From: a virus
Taxonomy: Duplodnaviria; Caudoviricetes
Length of the DNA: 34,682 bases
Direction: 5' to 3' (one strand)
IMG/VR virus record: IMGVR_UViG_3300020463_000061
Span: 1 to 34,682 of that record
How positions within the stretch are numbered: the stretch's first letter is position 1; every line of letters starts with the position of its first letter. A program made the position numbers and the translations under genes. The notes under the pieces were generated by a model. That model had not been told where the DNA came from. It did not search any database and saw only the letters and a program-made list of their open reading frames with translations. This document shows, piece by piece, positions 9,604 through 17,135 of the stretch.

Positions 9604-9894
9604 CTAATATTTTCCTTGTCTATTTTTTGGACTTGACTTCTTTGAACCACCCTTACCTGCCCATAAATTTTTACAAGCCCAATATCGTGCGGTTAACTTA
9701 GATTTTGCCGTACTACATTTGTGTCTAGCCTTAAAAGATTTACGTGCGGCTGCAGAATAATTGTGTCCATAGCCTTTAGCTCCAAAGTGAATTAGTTTTT
9801 CTTTCCCGCCCTCACAGGCTTTAACCATTTTCTTTTTTCCCGCTCTGTCGCTGCGAACAACAACATTACATTTCATTTTAGATTTTTCCGCCAT
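9604..9894 (-). CDS. 96-aa highly basic Cys-containing protein
   Basis: IHFGAKGY...ARKSFKARHKC...TARYWACKNLW; very Lys-rich. Confidence 0.75.
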   Translation of the reverse strand: MAEKSKMKCNVVVRSDRAGKKKMVKACEGGKEKLIHFGAKGYGHNYSAAARKSFKARHKCSTAKSKLTARYWACKNLWAGKGGSKKSSPKNRQGKY

Positions 9895-10024
9895 ATCTTT
9901 TACTTAATACATTCATCAAACTCAAAAACTCATTGTAGTCGGTAATCCAATCATCAGATTCCCTATTACGGTTGTATTGGTTTACGTACCACTCTTTGCT
10001 ATGCGTTTCTAACTCTTCCGGCAT
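9878..10024 (-). CDS. 48-aa acidic protein (not in ORF track)
   Basis: MPEELETHSKEWYVNQYNRNRESDDWITDYNEFLSLMNVLSKRYGGKI fills the gap and overlaps both neighbours. Confidence 0.5.
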   Translation of the reverse strand: MPEELETHSKEWYVNQYNRNRESDDWITDYNEFLSLMNVLSKRYGGKI

Positions 10025-10241
10025 TTGTATTGCTTACAAATTGTTTTTTACTACCACCCTGTCTTTTTTTCTTTCTTGCAGTTGCGGCTCTTTCAGACTT
10101 GCTCATGGATTTAGCTTTAGCTAAAGGCAAACAACGGTCGGGGTTCTTTTTATTCTTGCTTGTTCCACAAGCTCCAAGAATTGAACCATCAGTTCCTATT
10201 CGAACCCACTTCTGTTCTCTCCACTTTTTGAGTTCACCCAT
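9999..10241 (-). CDS. 80-aa basic protein
   Basis: LKKWREQKWV...CG...RCLPLAKAKSMS...ARKKK. Confidence 0.75.
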   Translation of the reverse strand: MGELKKWREQKWVRIGTDGSILGACGTSKNKKNPDRCLPLAKAKSMSKSERAATARKKKRQGGSKKQFVSNTNAGRVRNA

Positions 10242-10402
10242 TAGTATCCGTATTCTGTCTTTGCTTTATTGGGATTGTTCTTCATAGAACCACCCATTGT
10301 CTTTGCAAACGTGTGCGCTTGAGCTTTACCCATAGCATTGTATGGAAAACTTTTTTTCATTTTTTTGCCCGTATCAGGACAACTATAACTAACTGTTGGC
10401 AT
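10241..10402 (-). CDS. 53-aa basic protein (not in ORF track)
   Basis: MPTVSYSCPDTGKKMKKSFPYNAMGKAQAHTFAKTMGGSMKNNPNKAKTEYGY; TAATG coupling with the next ORF. Confidence 0.65.
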   Translation of the reverse strand: MPTVSYSCPDTGKKMKKSFPYNAMGKAQAHTFAKTMGGSMKNNPNKAKTEYGY

Positions 10403-10406
10403 AATT

Positions 10407-10529
10407 TTAAATTTTAGATTTATTACTTTTCTTTTCTTCTTTCAATACTTTAAAATCTGCTGCAGTAATTTTATGAAACGGCATTGCTGCTCTTGCAATC
10501 ATACGTTGCTTCTTACTTAATTTGCTCAT
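10407..10529 (-). CDS. 40-aa basic protein (not in ORF track)
   Basis: MSKLSKKQRMIARAAMPFHKITAADFKVLKEEKKSNKSKI. Confidence 0.6.
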   Translation of the reverse strand: MSKLSKKQRMIARAAMPFHKITAADFKVLKEEKKSNKSKI

Positions 10530-10648
10530 TTTTTCATTTTTGTTAAATCCAAAACATTAACACCGTTCAATGATGCTACTCCTGTTTTTTTATTTACCTT
10601 AACTTTCTTAACCTTTCTAGGTCTCTTGTTTCTGTGCAACTTACTCAT
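10526..10648 (-). CDS. 40-aa basic protein (not in ORF track)
   Basis: MSKLHRNKRPRKVKKVKVNKKTGVASLNGVNVLDLTKMKK; ATGA overlaps at both ends. Confidence 0.6.
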   Translation of the reverse strand: MSKLHRNKRPRKVKKVKVNKKTGVASLNGVNVLDLTKMKK

Positions 10649-10764
10649 TTCTTTTTCTTTGACATTGACTTTATTAATCTATCTATTTTTGCAGCTTGTC
10701 CTTTGTGCATCGCAGATGCTTTTTTTAATTGACTTGAAATTTCTTTTAATTTTTTTGCGTCCAT
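10645..10764 (-). CDS. 39-aa basic helical protein (not in ORF track)
   Basis: MDAKKLKEISSQLKKASAMHKGQAAKIDRLIKSMSKKKK. Confidence 0.6.
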   Translation of the reverse strand: MDAKKLKEISSQLKKASAMHKGQAAKIDRLIKSMSKKKK

Positions 10765-10769
10765 AATTA

Positions 10770-11006
10770 TTATGGTTTGTTTTTATCTATAATACTAATT
10801 TTTTTATCTCCTTTAATTACTGCCTTTGCATCCTCAGTAACTTTTTTAACTTTCTTCTTTGCTCCTTGGAATAAAGACTTAACGCCTTCTTTAACTTTGG
10901 TCTTTTTTTCTTTTCTACAAGCTCTAAGATTTTGTAGCTCACTAAGTGTATAGTCTCTACTTCTTTTGTTATCTAATCCTAATTCAGTTTTACAATTATC
11001 CGGCAT
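10770..11006 (-). CDS. 78-aa Lys-rich protein
   Basis: ORF track; packed within the small-ORF cluster. Confidence 0.6.
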   Translation of the reverse strand: MPDNCKTELGLDNKRSRDYTLSELQNLRACRKEKKTKVKEGVKSLFQGAKKKVKKVTEDAKAVIKGDKKISIIDKNKP

Positions 11007-11008
11007 CT

Positions 11009-11176
11009 TTATTTCTTTTTATTTTTTGAACCTTTGGCATAGTTAGGGTCTTTACAATATTTACTTGCAGCCATATTTGCATAAGCTGATGGGTATCTGT
11101 CAAAGGTTCTTTTAGCCCATGCAATCCCTGCAGGACATATCTTATTACCTTTTTTCTTTGCTCTACCTTTTGCCAT
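11009..11176 (-). CDS. 55-aa basic protein with YPSAYAN motif (not in ORF track)
   Basis: MAKGRAKKKGNKICPAGIAWAKRTFDRYPSAYANMAASKYCKDPNYAKGSKNKKK. Confidence 0.7.
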   Translation of the reverse strand: MAKGRAKKKGNKICPAGIAWAKRTFDRYPSAYANMAASKYCKDPNYAKGSKNKKK

Positions 11177-11181
11177 TTCTT

Positions 11182-11343
11182 TTAATTTGAGAATTGTCCC
11201 ATTGAAGGGTTTAATACTGCTAATCCTCTGAGCATTGAGTTAGGACCTTTTAATTTAGATGGAGGTTTGTTATAACTTGGTCGTTTAGGCATACCCAATC
11301 TTTTCTTTACATTTGCTTTAAAAGTGTCACTTACGTAGCTCAT
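11182..11343 (-). CDS. 53-aa basic Pro-rich protein (not in ORF track)
   Basis: MSYVSDTFKANVKKRLGMPKRPSYNKPPSKLKGPNSMLRGLAVLNPSMGQFSN; first ORF after the promoter at 11366-11373. Confidence 0.55.
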   Translation of the reverse strand: MSYVSDTFKANVKKRLGMPKRPSYNKPPSKLKGPNSMLRGLAVLNPSMGQFSN

Positions 11344-11365
11344 TATTTTATATTGTATATTTACA

Positions 11366-11373
11366 CAAAGTTA
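11366..11373 (-). promoter_or_regulatory. Late-type promoter -7 element TAACTTTG
   Basis: TTAGTAACTTTGT heading the small basic ORF cluster. Confidence 0.55.
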
Positions 11374-11394
11374 CTAAATAAAATTTACTATAAT

Positions 11395-11829
11395 TTGAGC
11401 GCAGACTATTTAAAGTATTGGAGGGTAATACGTCAATATGTAAAAGTGAAATACGGAATTAGTCAATCAGAACTTGACGTGTTGCTCTTCTTAAAATCAG
11501 AACCTTATTTTTCTAAAGACAAGTTTCAAGAGTTTGATAGAATCCTGTCATGGGATGAAAACAGATTTGATAAACTACTAAGAGATGGTTGGGTTGAGGT
11601 GTTCAGAAAAAGGAAAGGTAAAACAAAAGCATTATATTCTTTATCATATAAATCAGTAAGACTCTTGACCTCGGTTTATAAAAAACTTAATGGTGAAGAG
11701 ATGCCTACTTCTCCTTCTCAAAATCCAATGTTTTTAAAAAATGTTTCCTATACTGACAGAAGATATAGAGAAGCTATTAAGAATATGAATGAGTTTATTC
11801 GACAACAACGACATCACGCTCCTGAATAA
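11395..11829 (+). CDS. Winged helix-turn-helix (MarR-like) DNA-binding protein
   Basis: YGISQSELDVLLFL...RFDKLLRDGWVEVFRKR...ALYSLSYKS pattern; only credible + strand gene in the late block; start uncertain (TTG 11395, ORF track 11353). Confidence 0.6.
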   Translation: MSADYLKYWRVIRQYVKVKYGISQSELDVLLFLKSEPYFSKDKFQEFDRILSWDENRFDKLLRDGWVEVFRKRKGKTKALYSLSYKSVRLLTSVYKKLNGEEMPTSPSQNPMFLKNVSYTDRRYREAIKNMNEFIRQQRHHAPE

Positions 11830-12052
11830 TAGTAACCATTTCTCCATTGATTACAAGAGTGTATGAGTTTCTCGTGTCGTAGTATATAATATCATTTTCT
11901 TTTAAATGAATTACATCAGAACCGGGAAGTATTATTTTTCCTTTTTGATACCTAAATGCTTTTGCATCAGTATTAGAAAGTAACAGACCGCTTTCAGTTG
12001 TAATCTGTTCTTCTATTTTTTCAATTACTATGTTCTTCCCTATTGCTTTCAT
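11795..12052 (-). CDS. groES: Co-chaperonin GroES
   Basis: MKAIGKNIVIE..E.ITTESGLLLS...G.I...G..V..LKEND.I.Y...I.GE...IIQERDVV. Confidence 0.85.
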   Translation of the reverse strand: MKAIGKNIVIEKIEEQITTESGLLLSNTDAKAFRYQKGKIILPGSDVIHLKENDIIYYDTRNSYTLVINGEMVTIIQERDVVVVE

Positions 12053-12293
12053 ATTGTCCTTTAATTAACCAATTACCTTCTAGGTCCTTTATAGCATAGC
12101 CTTGTCTCAATAATAATTTAATAGCGTGAGTCTGTTGCTTCACTCTGTCTTTTATTTTGTGTGAATGAAACAATTCCCCCTTTATTGGATTTTGAATAAC
12201 TATACAGTTATTTTCTTCTAGCAGTTTTTGCGCTGCGTCTATTTCTCTTTGTTTACTTCTATACGCTTCAAATATTTGATTACTTATTACCAT
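12021..12293 (-). CDS. Hypothetical protein between groEL and groES
   Basis: 90-aa ORF overlapping the groES start. Confidence 0.6.
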   Translation of the reverse strand: MVISNQIFEAYRSKQREIDAAQKLLEENNCIVIQNPIKGELFHSHKIKDRVKQQTHAIKLLLRQGYAIKDLEGNWLIKGQYESNREEHSN

Positions 12294-12404
12294 CTTTATT
12301 TAATTTAGATTTATCGTTCTTTAATATAGATTTTTCTTTTTCAGATTTATTTGGAAATATTTTATCTATAAATTTTTTCATTCCATCTGTATGTTCTCGG
12401 TTTC

Positions 12405-14018
12405 TCATTTTGATGATGCTTCATAGCTACGTGCCATTGTCACGATAGCATTAGTTGATAGTATCGTTACGGCAACAGACACTGCATTTTGCAGAGCTTG
12501 TCTTGTTACTTTAACAGGGTCTATTACTCCAAGAGTCATTAGGTATCCGTACTTTTCATTTTTTACATCATACCCATAGTTTGCACCTTTGCTATTTTTG
12601 TATATCTCCTCAAGTTTTAAACCTGCGTTTATTAATATCTGATTCATTGGGGCTGACAATGATTTAGATAAAATTGCATACGCAATTTTTTTTGAAAAAT
12701 TTTCCTCACTGCTTTCTTGAACCGCACAAGACTTGGCATGATTATATAAGGCTAGTCCTCCGCCCGGAAGTATACCTTCTTCAAGTGCGCTTCGTACTGC
12801 ACATACCGCATCATCTACTCTATCAAACAATTCTTTTTGTTCTAAGTCTGTATTACCACCAACATATACTACACCTATACCTCCGGTTAGCGAAGCTATC
12901 CTTTGGTTTATAAAATCTTTATCTTGTTTCTTTGTGGCTTCTTCATAAGCCTCATGAAGTTGTGCAACTCTTTCTTCAACTTCTTCATTGGAAGAATCTT
13001 CATCTTTCACGATGACTGTTGAGTCACGTCCAACTATCACCTTGGAACAATGACCCAAATCGTTGAAACTAATCAAACTCAAATCATCGCCTGTCTTTTC
13101 GCTGAAGTAGGTTGCTCCTATGCTTATTGCAATGTCTTGCATTAACTCGTGTTGTCTGTATCCAAAATCCGGAGGGACTATGTTACAAATCTTTAAACCA
13201 TTCTTTACTACGTTAGCCGCCAAAGTATTTATTACGTTTGTAGAGCACGGAGCTATAATCAAAAGTTTCTTACCTTCTGATATTATTGGTTTTAATATAT
13301 TTTCTATTTGTAGTATGTTACTTATCTCTCCATCACAAACTAATACGTAGGTGTCTTCAAAGACACACTCATCTCTTTTTTGGTCGTTGATAAATAAGCC
13401 TGATGAATACCCTCTCTTTATTTTTATCCCCTTAGTGGTTTCGTAATATGTAGATGAGGTTTTACTTTTTTCTACAGTGACTACTCCGTCCTTGCCTACG
13501 CTTTCGTAAACGTCCGCAATAATTCCACCAACTGTTTTATCGTTGTTGGCTGATATAATGGCAACGTCCCTTAGTCTCTTTTCGTCTAGCTTTTTGCCTT
13601 TTACTTTTAAAGACTTTGAAATTAATTTCGTTATCTCTACCAAATGTCGCAAGACCTCTGTTCGATTTACTTTAGCATCAATTAACTTTGTACCTGCATC
13701 CACTAGAGCTTCTGCTAATACAATAGCAGTTGTGGTTCCATCACCTGCTGAGGTAGCCGTTCTGTCTGCAGCTTCTTTCATCATTCTAACCGCTAGGTTT
13801 TCTACCGGGTCTAATAATGAAATAGACTTTGCTACAGTAACACCATCTTTAGTTACTGTTATACCGTGTAAGTGTTCGGGTGATTCTATTAGAACAGTAT
13901 TACCTCTAGGTCCAAGTGTGGACTTTACTGCGTTTGCTATTTGTTTTATTCCTTGAATTAACTTGTCTCTCCCTTCATCTGAGAAATGAAGTTGTTTGGG
14001 ATTGAATCCTTGTTGCAT
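12405..14018 (-). CDS. groEL: Phage-encoded chaperonin GroEL
   Basis: 537 aa; VKSTLGPRG, TVTKDGVTVAK, AGDGTTTA, EEGILPGGG, GVIDPVKVTR; lacks the GGM tail. Confidence 0.96.
   Translation of the reverse strand: MQQGFNPKQLHFSDEGRDKLIQGIKQIANAVKSTLGPRGNTVLIESPEHLHGITVTKDGVTVAKSISLLDPVENLAVRMMKEAADRTATSAGDGTTTAIVLAEALVDAGTKLIDAKVNRTEVLRHLVEITKLISKSLKVKGKKLDEKRLRDVAIISANNDKTVGGIIADVYESVGKDGVVTVEKSKTSSTYYETTKGIKIKRGYSSGLFINDQKRDECVFEDTYVLVCDGEISNILQIENILKPIISEGKKLLIIAPCSTNVINTLAANVVKNGLKICNIVPPDFGYRQHELMQDIAISIGATYFSEKTGDDLSLISFNDLGHCSKVIVGRDSTVIVKDEDSSNEEVEERVAQLHEAYEEATKKQDKDFINQRIASLTGGIGVVYVGGNTDLEQKELFDRVDDAVCAVRSALEEGILPGGGLALYNHAKSCAVQESSEENFSKKIAYAILSKSLSAPMNQILINAGLKLEEIYKNSKGANYGYDVKNEKYGYLMTLGVIDPVKVTRQALQNAVSVAVTILSTNAIVTMARSYEASSK
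13351..13366. repeat. 16-bp palindrome variant GTGTCTTCAAAGACAC (inside groEL)
   Basis: One mismatch from the perfect palindrome. Confidence 0.85.
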
Positions 14019-14042
14019 TATAAATTGAATTTAATTGTTATG

Positions 14043-14072
14043 CAAAGGTAACAAAATTAAATTAGAAACAAA
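14043..14072 (-). promoter_or_regulatory. Promoter for groEL (TTTG-N18-TACCTTTG)
   Basis: Both Bacteroidota sigma70 elements present, 24 nt upstream of the ATG. Confidence 0.6.
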
Positions 14073-14240
14073 TGCTAACTTTTTGTGCTCTTATACTACT
14101 ACTACTCTTATTATCCTTTATTGTTTTTTATTAATACGAGGCTTTAAACTAAGCATTTTAAGCATTTAATAATTAAGATGTTGATAATCAGTTAGTTATA
14201 AAAAAAAAGTAAGCACAAACTAAGCACTAACTAAGCATTA
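14073..14240 (+). repeat. Origin-like element A: AT-rich tract plus five TAAGCA repeats
   Basis: TAAGCA at 14150, 14159, 14210, 14221, 14232; TTGATAATCAG at 14181; architecture repeated at 23312-23460. Confidence 0.6.
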
Positions 14241-14257
14241 GGTTAATGTAAGTGTAC

Positions 14258-14294
14258 AAAAAAAGGGACCACCTTTCCGAAGAGTCCCCTTTTT
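14258..14294 (-). terminator. Intrinsic terminator, possibly bidirectional
   Basis: GGGAC...GTCCC stem flanked by A7 and T5 tracts, downstream of ORF 14337..14534. Confidence 0.65.
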
Positions 14295-14336
14295 ATCAAA
14301 CATCAATCACTATAATTTACGACACTTATAGTATTT

Positions 14337-14534
14337 TTATTTCTTGAATAAGTCAATGTTAGCTTTGGCTAGTTCATTACCTTCTGCTATCATTTGAACT
14401 TTGTTATAACGCTTCATTGAATTTTTCATGTCAATCATTTTTGAGATACCCATTTGAGGTTCCGGTGCGTTATTGATAAGTCTTCCGTCTTTAACGTCAT
14501 AACCCATCATTGAAGGTGGTATTTTAAAATGCAT
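14337..14534 (-). CDS. Hypothetical 65-aa protein
   Basis: ORF with upstream -7 element (14557-14564) and downstream terminator. Confidence 0.7.
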   Translation of the reverse strand: MHFKIPPSMMGYDVKDGRLINNAPEPQMGISKMIDMKNSMKRYNKVQMIAEGNELAKANIDLFKK

Positions 14535-14556
14535 AACTTATAGTTTTTCGTTTATA

Positions 14557-14564
14557 CAAAGATA
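14557..14564 (-). promoter_or_regulatory. Late-type promoter -7 element TATCTTTG
   Basis: TTACTATCTTTGT upstream of the 14534 start. Confidence 0.6.
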
Positions 14565-14595
14565 GTAAAAATTTTGTTAGGTGTATATAGTATTT

Positions 14596-14820
14596 GGGTC
14601 CCCCCCACCCCACGGCGCCGGACCCTGCTGCGGAGGTCGGTTTTTTTTGTCGGGGGGGGTCGTCTTTTTTGCGCTGCGGTTCTGATTTTTTTGGCTTTTT
14701 GTGTGGTCCCTTTGCCCCTGTGACCTGTGACCTGTTGACCTCGTCCCCGTTCCCCGTTCCTTTGCCCCCGTTCCCGCCGGTAACCGCTACCGGTACCGGC
14801 TCCCGTCCCCCGTTATCCCT
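14596..14820. other. GC-rich non-coding island at the strand switch (candidate genome end / packaging region)
   Basis: Abrupt GC rise, homopolymer C/G/T tracts, CCTGTGA and CCCCGTT repeats, located between divergent gene blocks. Confidence 0.5.
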
Positions 14821-14834
14821 TACAAAGTGAGTTT

Positions 14835-14850
14835 GTGTCTTTAAAGACAC
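14835..14850. repeat. Perfect palindrome GTGTCTTTAAAGACAC
   Basis: Exact 16-bp inverted repeat, intergenic. Confidence 0.95.
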
Positions 14851-14984
14851 GGAGATTAAAGGGAACAACAGAGCGACCAAAATTAAACCATTATAAAACT
14901 AAGGGAACAAACAGATATTAAACCACTGATTAACAGAGAGAACAAAAGAAAATTTAAAAAAATGTAAAAAAATACCGTTTTACC

Positions 14985-15015
14985 TTTGGTAGTATGTAGA
15001 ATTAAACTATATTTG
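14985..15015 (+). promoter_or_regulatory. Early promoter TTTG-N19-TATATTTG
   Basis: Canonical Bacteroidota -33/-7 spacing; followed by 5' hairpin GTTGGACA-ACGAG-TGTTCAAC. Confidence 0.8.
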
Positions 15016-15065
15016 AACTGTTGGACAACGAGTGTTCAACGATATTTAAACTTAAATCATTGAAA

Positions 15066-15689
15066 ATGAATAATTTAATGCAAATCGAGGCAGATTTTTT
15101 GACCTCACAAAGTGAAGTAAATTTCAGAACTGTTTGGAATTTACAAAGTCAAGTTAGCGATGCAAAGAAATCGAAATTTGACAAGTCGCTAAAGTTAGCG
15201 AAGTTAGTTAGTGAATCACTAGAGTGGTTCAAGAAGCCGGAAACAAAAGGCGAATTGCTTGAAGCCGGTATCGAGTGGACCAATGCGGAAGTATTTTTTA
15301 ACAGAGTTTACGGATGGCAAAAATCATTCGGTCACAAGATGGTTAAAGCCGGTAAACTTGAAACCTCAACCGTCTCAAAATTCAAGAGACAATGCACCCA
15401 ATTAGAGAGCAACGGCGAAGATGCAATAAGAAGCATTGAAGCACTGTTGAAATTTGCGAAAGCGGAAGAAAACGGCGAGGAAGCCGAAGCACCAACGAGA
15501 GCGAAAACTTTGTTTAGCTTGTCGATAGCGAAAGACGGTATCAACGGCGAAAGCGGTTATTCTTTGAGAGTTACCGACGATGCAAATATTACTGAAAGCG
15601 GAGAGGTTGTTTTAACCACCGAAATTAGCGACATGATAGTTAATTTAGCCCGTCTTATATCTGTTGAAGTTCAAAACTTAAATCAATAA
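15066..15689 (+). CDS. First early protein, unknown function
   Basis: Likely start ATG 15066 (MNNLMQ...) downstream of the promoter; helical. Confidence 0.75.
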   Translation: MNNLMQIEADFLTSQSEVNFRTVWNLQSQVSDAKKSKFDKSLKLAKLVSESLEWFKKPETKGELLEAGIEWTNAEVFFNRVYGWQKSFGHKMVKAGKLETSTVSKFKRQCTQLESNGEDAIRSIEALLKFAKAEENGEEAEAPTRAKTLFSLSIAKDGINGESGYSLRVTDDANITESGEVVLTTEISDMIVNLARLISVEVQNLNQ

Positions 15690-15693
15690 TTCT

Positions 15694-15709
15694 GTGTCTT
15701 TAAAGACAC
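15694..15709. repeat. Perfect palindrome GTGTCTTTAAAGACAC
   Basis: Intergenic, upstream of the amidoligase. Confidence 0.95.
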
Positions 15710-15727
15710 CAAAAAACGTAACACAAA

Positions 15728-16768
15728 ATGAGAAATTTATCTAACACCGGTATAAAATTTGAAACTTTGGGGGACACCTCAAGACGTGGTCAAATTGTCG
15801 GCTACCACTGTAAGCCAAATCCGGTTGACCGCTCGAAAGCGGAACGAATAGACATCAACGGGTTAAAAGCCGTGGACCGTCAGAACGTCAAAATTGACGG
15901 GGACGAATACGAAAGCCGTTTCAAAATCGGTATGGAGTTCGAAAAGAACCGTTTACACCGTGGCGCCGTTGAAGAATACCCGTTGTTCTGTGGGTTCGAG
16001 AAAGACAGTTCTTGCGGGTTTACTCAAAGTCAGGGCGGTTATGAAGCGGTTACCCATATACTACCGCTTGTCGGTCCTAGTATGTGGCGAACAAAGGTTT
16101 TTAATATGTTTTACGAAGCACGTAAAATTATTGATGATAATTACAGTCCGTCAAACAGTCGTTGCGGTGGTCACATTACCTTATCTGTTGACGGTATGAG
16201 CGGCACGGAGTTAATGAGCAAAGTAAGAAAATTTGCTCCCGTTATCCTCTCAATATTCCGACACCGTTTGAACAACGGCTACTGTATGGGAAATCCTCAA
16301 ATGCTTGACAGTGAAAGGGACGGGGTCAATTCAAGAAATTACAACGGCTCCCGAAAATACGTGGTTTGTAAAAATACGGGGTTCGGTATCGAATTTCGTT
16401 TGCCGTCACGTTTTACATCTGTGAAACAAACCATAAGACGGTACGAAATTATGTACCACCTCTTAGACTTTGCGGTAAACCAACCCAATGCGACATTGCA
16501 CAAATTCGGTAACACGTTGAAACCGATTTTAATTTCTATGTACGACGGGGACATTGACAAAGTGGATGATGTTTTGGAGTTGGCAAAACATTTTGCGAAG
16601 TTTATGAAAACGGGCAAAGTCAATATGCACACCGCTCCGTGGTTAGAGGGTTGGTGGTCACGACGTAACCGTAATTTTGGAAGTTTTAAACACTGCTACC
16701 AACGAAACTTTAGACCGACGAGCGAGACGGTATCCGAGTGGCTAGATACCAACGGGTACGACCGTTAA
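15728..16768 (+). CDS. Putative amidoligase (COOH-NH2 ligase, glutamine synthetase-like fold)
   Basis: FKIGMEFEK, EKDSSC, GYEAVTH, RCGGHITLS, GIEFRLP motifs typical of the phage putative amidoligase family. Confidence 0.75.
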   Translation: MRNLSNTGIKFETLGDTSRRGQIVGYHCKPNPVDRSKAERIDINGLKAVDRQNVKIDGDEYESRFKIGMEFEKNRLHRGAVEEYPLFCGFEKDSSCGFTQSQGGYEAVTHILPLVGPSMWRTKVFNMFYEARKIIDDNYSPSNSRCGGHITLSVDGMSGTELMSKVRKFAPVILSIFRHRLNNGYCMGNPQMLDSERDGVNSRNYNGSRKYVVCKNTGFGIEFRLPSRFTSVKQTIRRYEIMYHLLDFAVNQPNATLHKFGNTLKPILISMYDGDIDKVDDVLELAKHFAKFMKTGKVNMHTAPWLEGWWSRRNRNFGSFKHCYQRNFRPTSETVSEWLDTNGYDR

Positions 16769-16773
16769 CAAAA

Positions 16774-16800
16774 AGACCTTAGCACGTCTCTAAACTGCTA
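16774..16800 (+). ncRNA. Compact H-type pseudoknot abutting hammerhead 1
   Basis: AGAC(16774-77)/GUCU(16786-89) crossed by UAGCA(16780-84)/UGCUA(16796-800). Confidence 0.5.
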
Positions 16801-16849
16801 CCGTCGGCGGATGAATGTCCGCCCTGAAGAGTTCAAAAGAACGAAACGG
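16801..16849 (+). ncRNA. Type III hammerhead ribozyme 1 (cleavage after GUC, C16805)
   Basis: CCGUC | GGCGGAU-GAAU-GUCCGCC | CUGAAGA | GUUC-AAAA-GAAC | GAAA | CGG: complete canonical core. Confidence 0.92.
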
Positions 16850-16874
16850 AAACTTTAATTTAATAATAATAAAA

Positions 16875-17096
16875 ATGAAAACTTTAAACATCATTCAAAA
16901 CACACTTTTATCAATCATCACACTGTTTGTAATTTCTACCTCTATGCGTTTGCTATGGCATATCATAACAACCGAGGGTCCCGGGCTTACAATCGGTTCA
17001 ATTAGTTTTGGCTTAATTATGGGGTCGTTCTTTGCGTTCCTATATTATGCGGTCATCACTTTGGTGGTTAACCTATGGAAAGAAACAATAGCATAG
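16875..17096 (+). CDS. 73-aa two-TM membrane protein
   Basis: MKTLNIIQNTLLSIITLFVISTSMRLLW...FGLIMGSFFAFLYYAVITLVVNLWKETIA; lies wholly between hammerheads 1 and 2. Confidence 0.7.
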   Translation: MKTLNIIQNTLLSIITLFVISTSMRLLWHIITTEGPGLTIGSISFGLIMGSFFAFLYYAVITLVVNLWKETIA

Positions 17097-17113
17097 GCAG
17101 AGTCTAAGGGGTT

Positions 17114-17129
17114 GTGTCTTTAAAGACAC
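17114..17129. repeat. Perfect palindrome GTGTCTTTAAAGACAC, extended by GGGG/CCCC (17108-17135)
   Basis: Hairpin ends at the base before hammerhead 2. Confidence 0.95.
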
Positions 17130-17135
17130 CGCCCC

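Noticed and set aside
14524-14880. ORFs 14524..14880 (-) and 14594..14830 (+)
   Set aside because: They arise from stop-codon scarcity in the GC-rich low-complexity island; composition is unlike any other gene here
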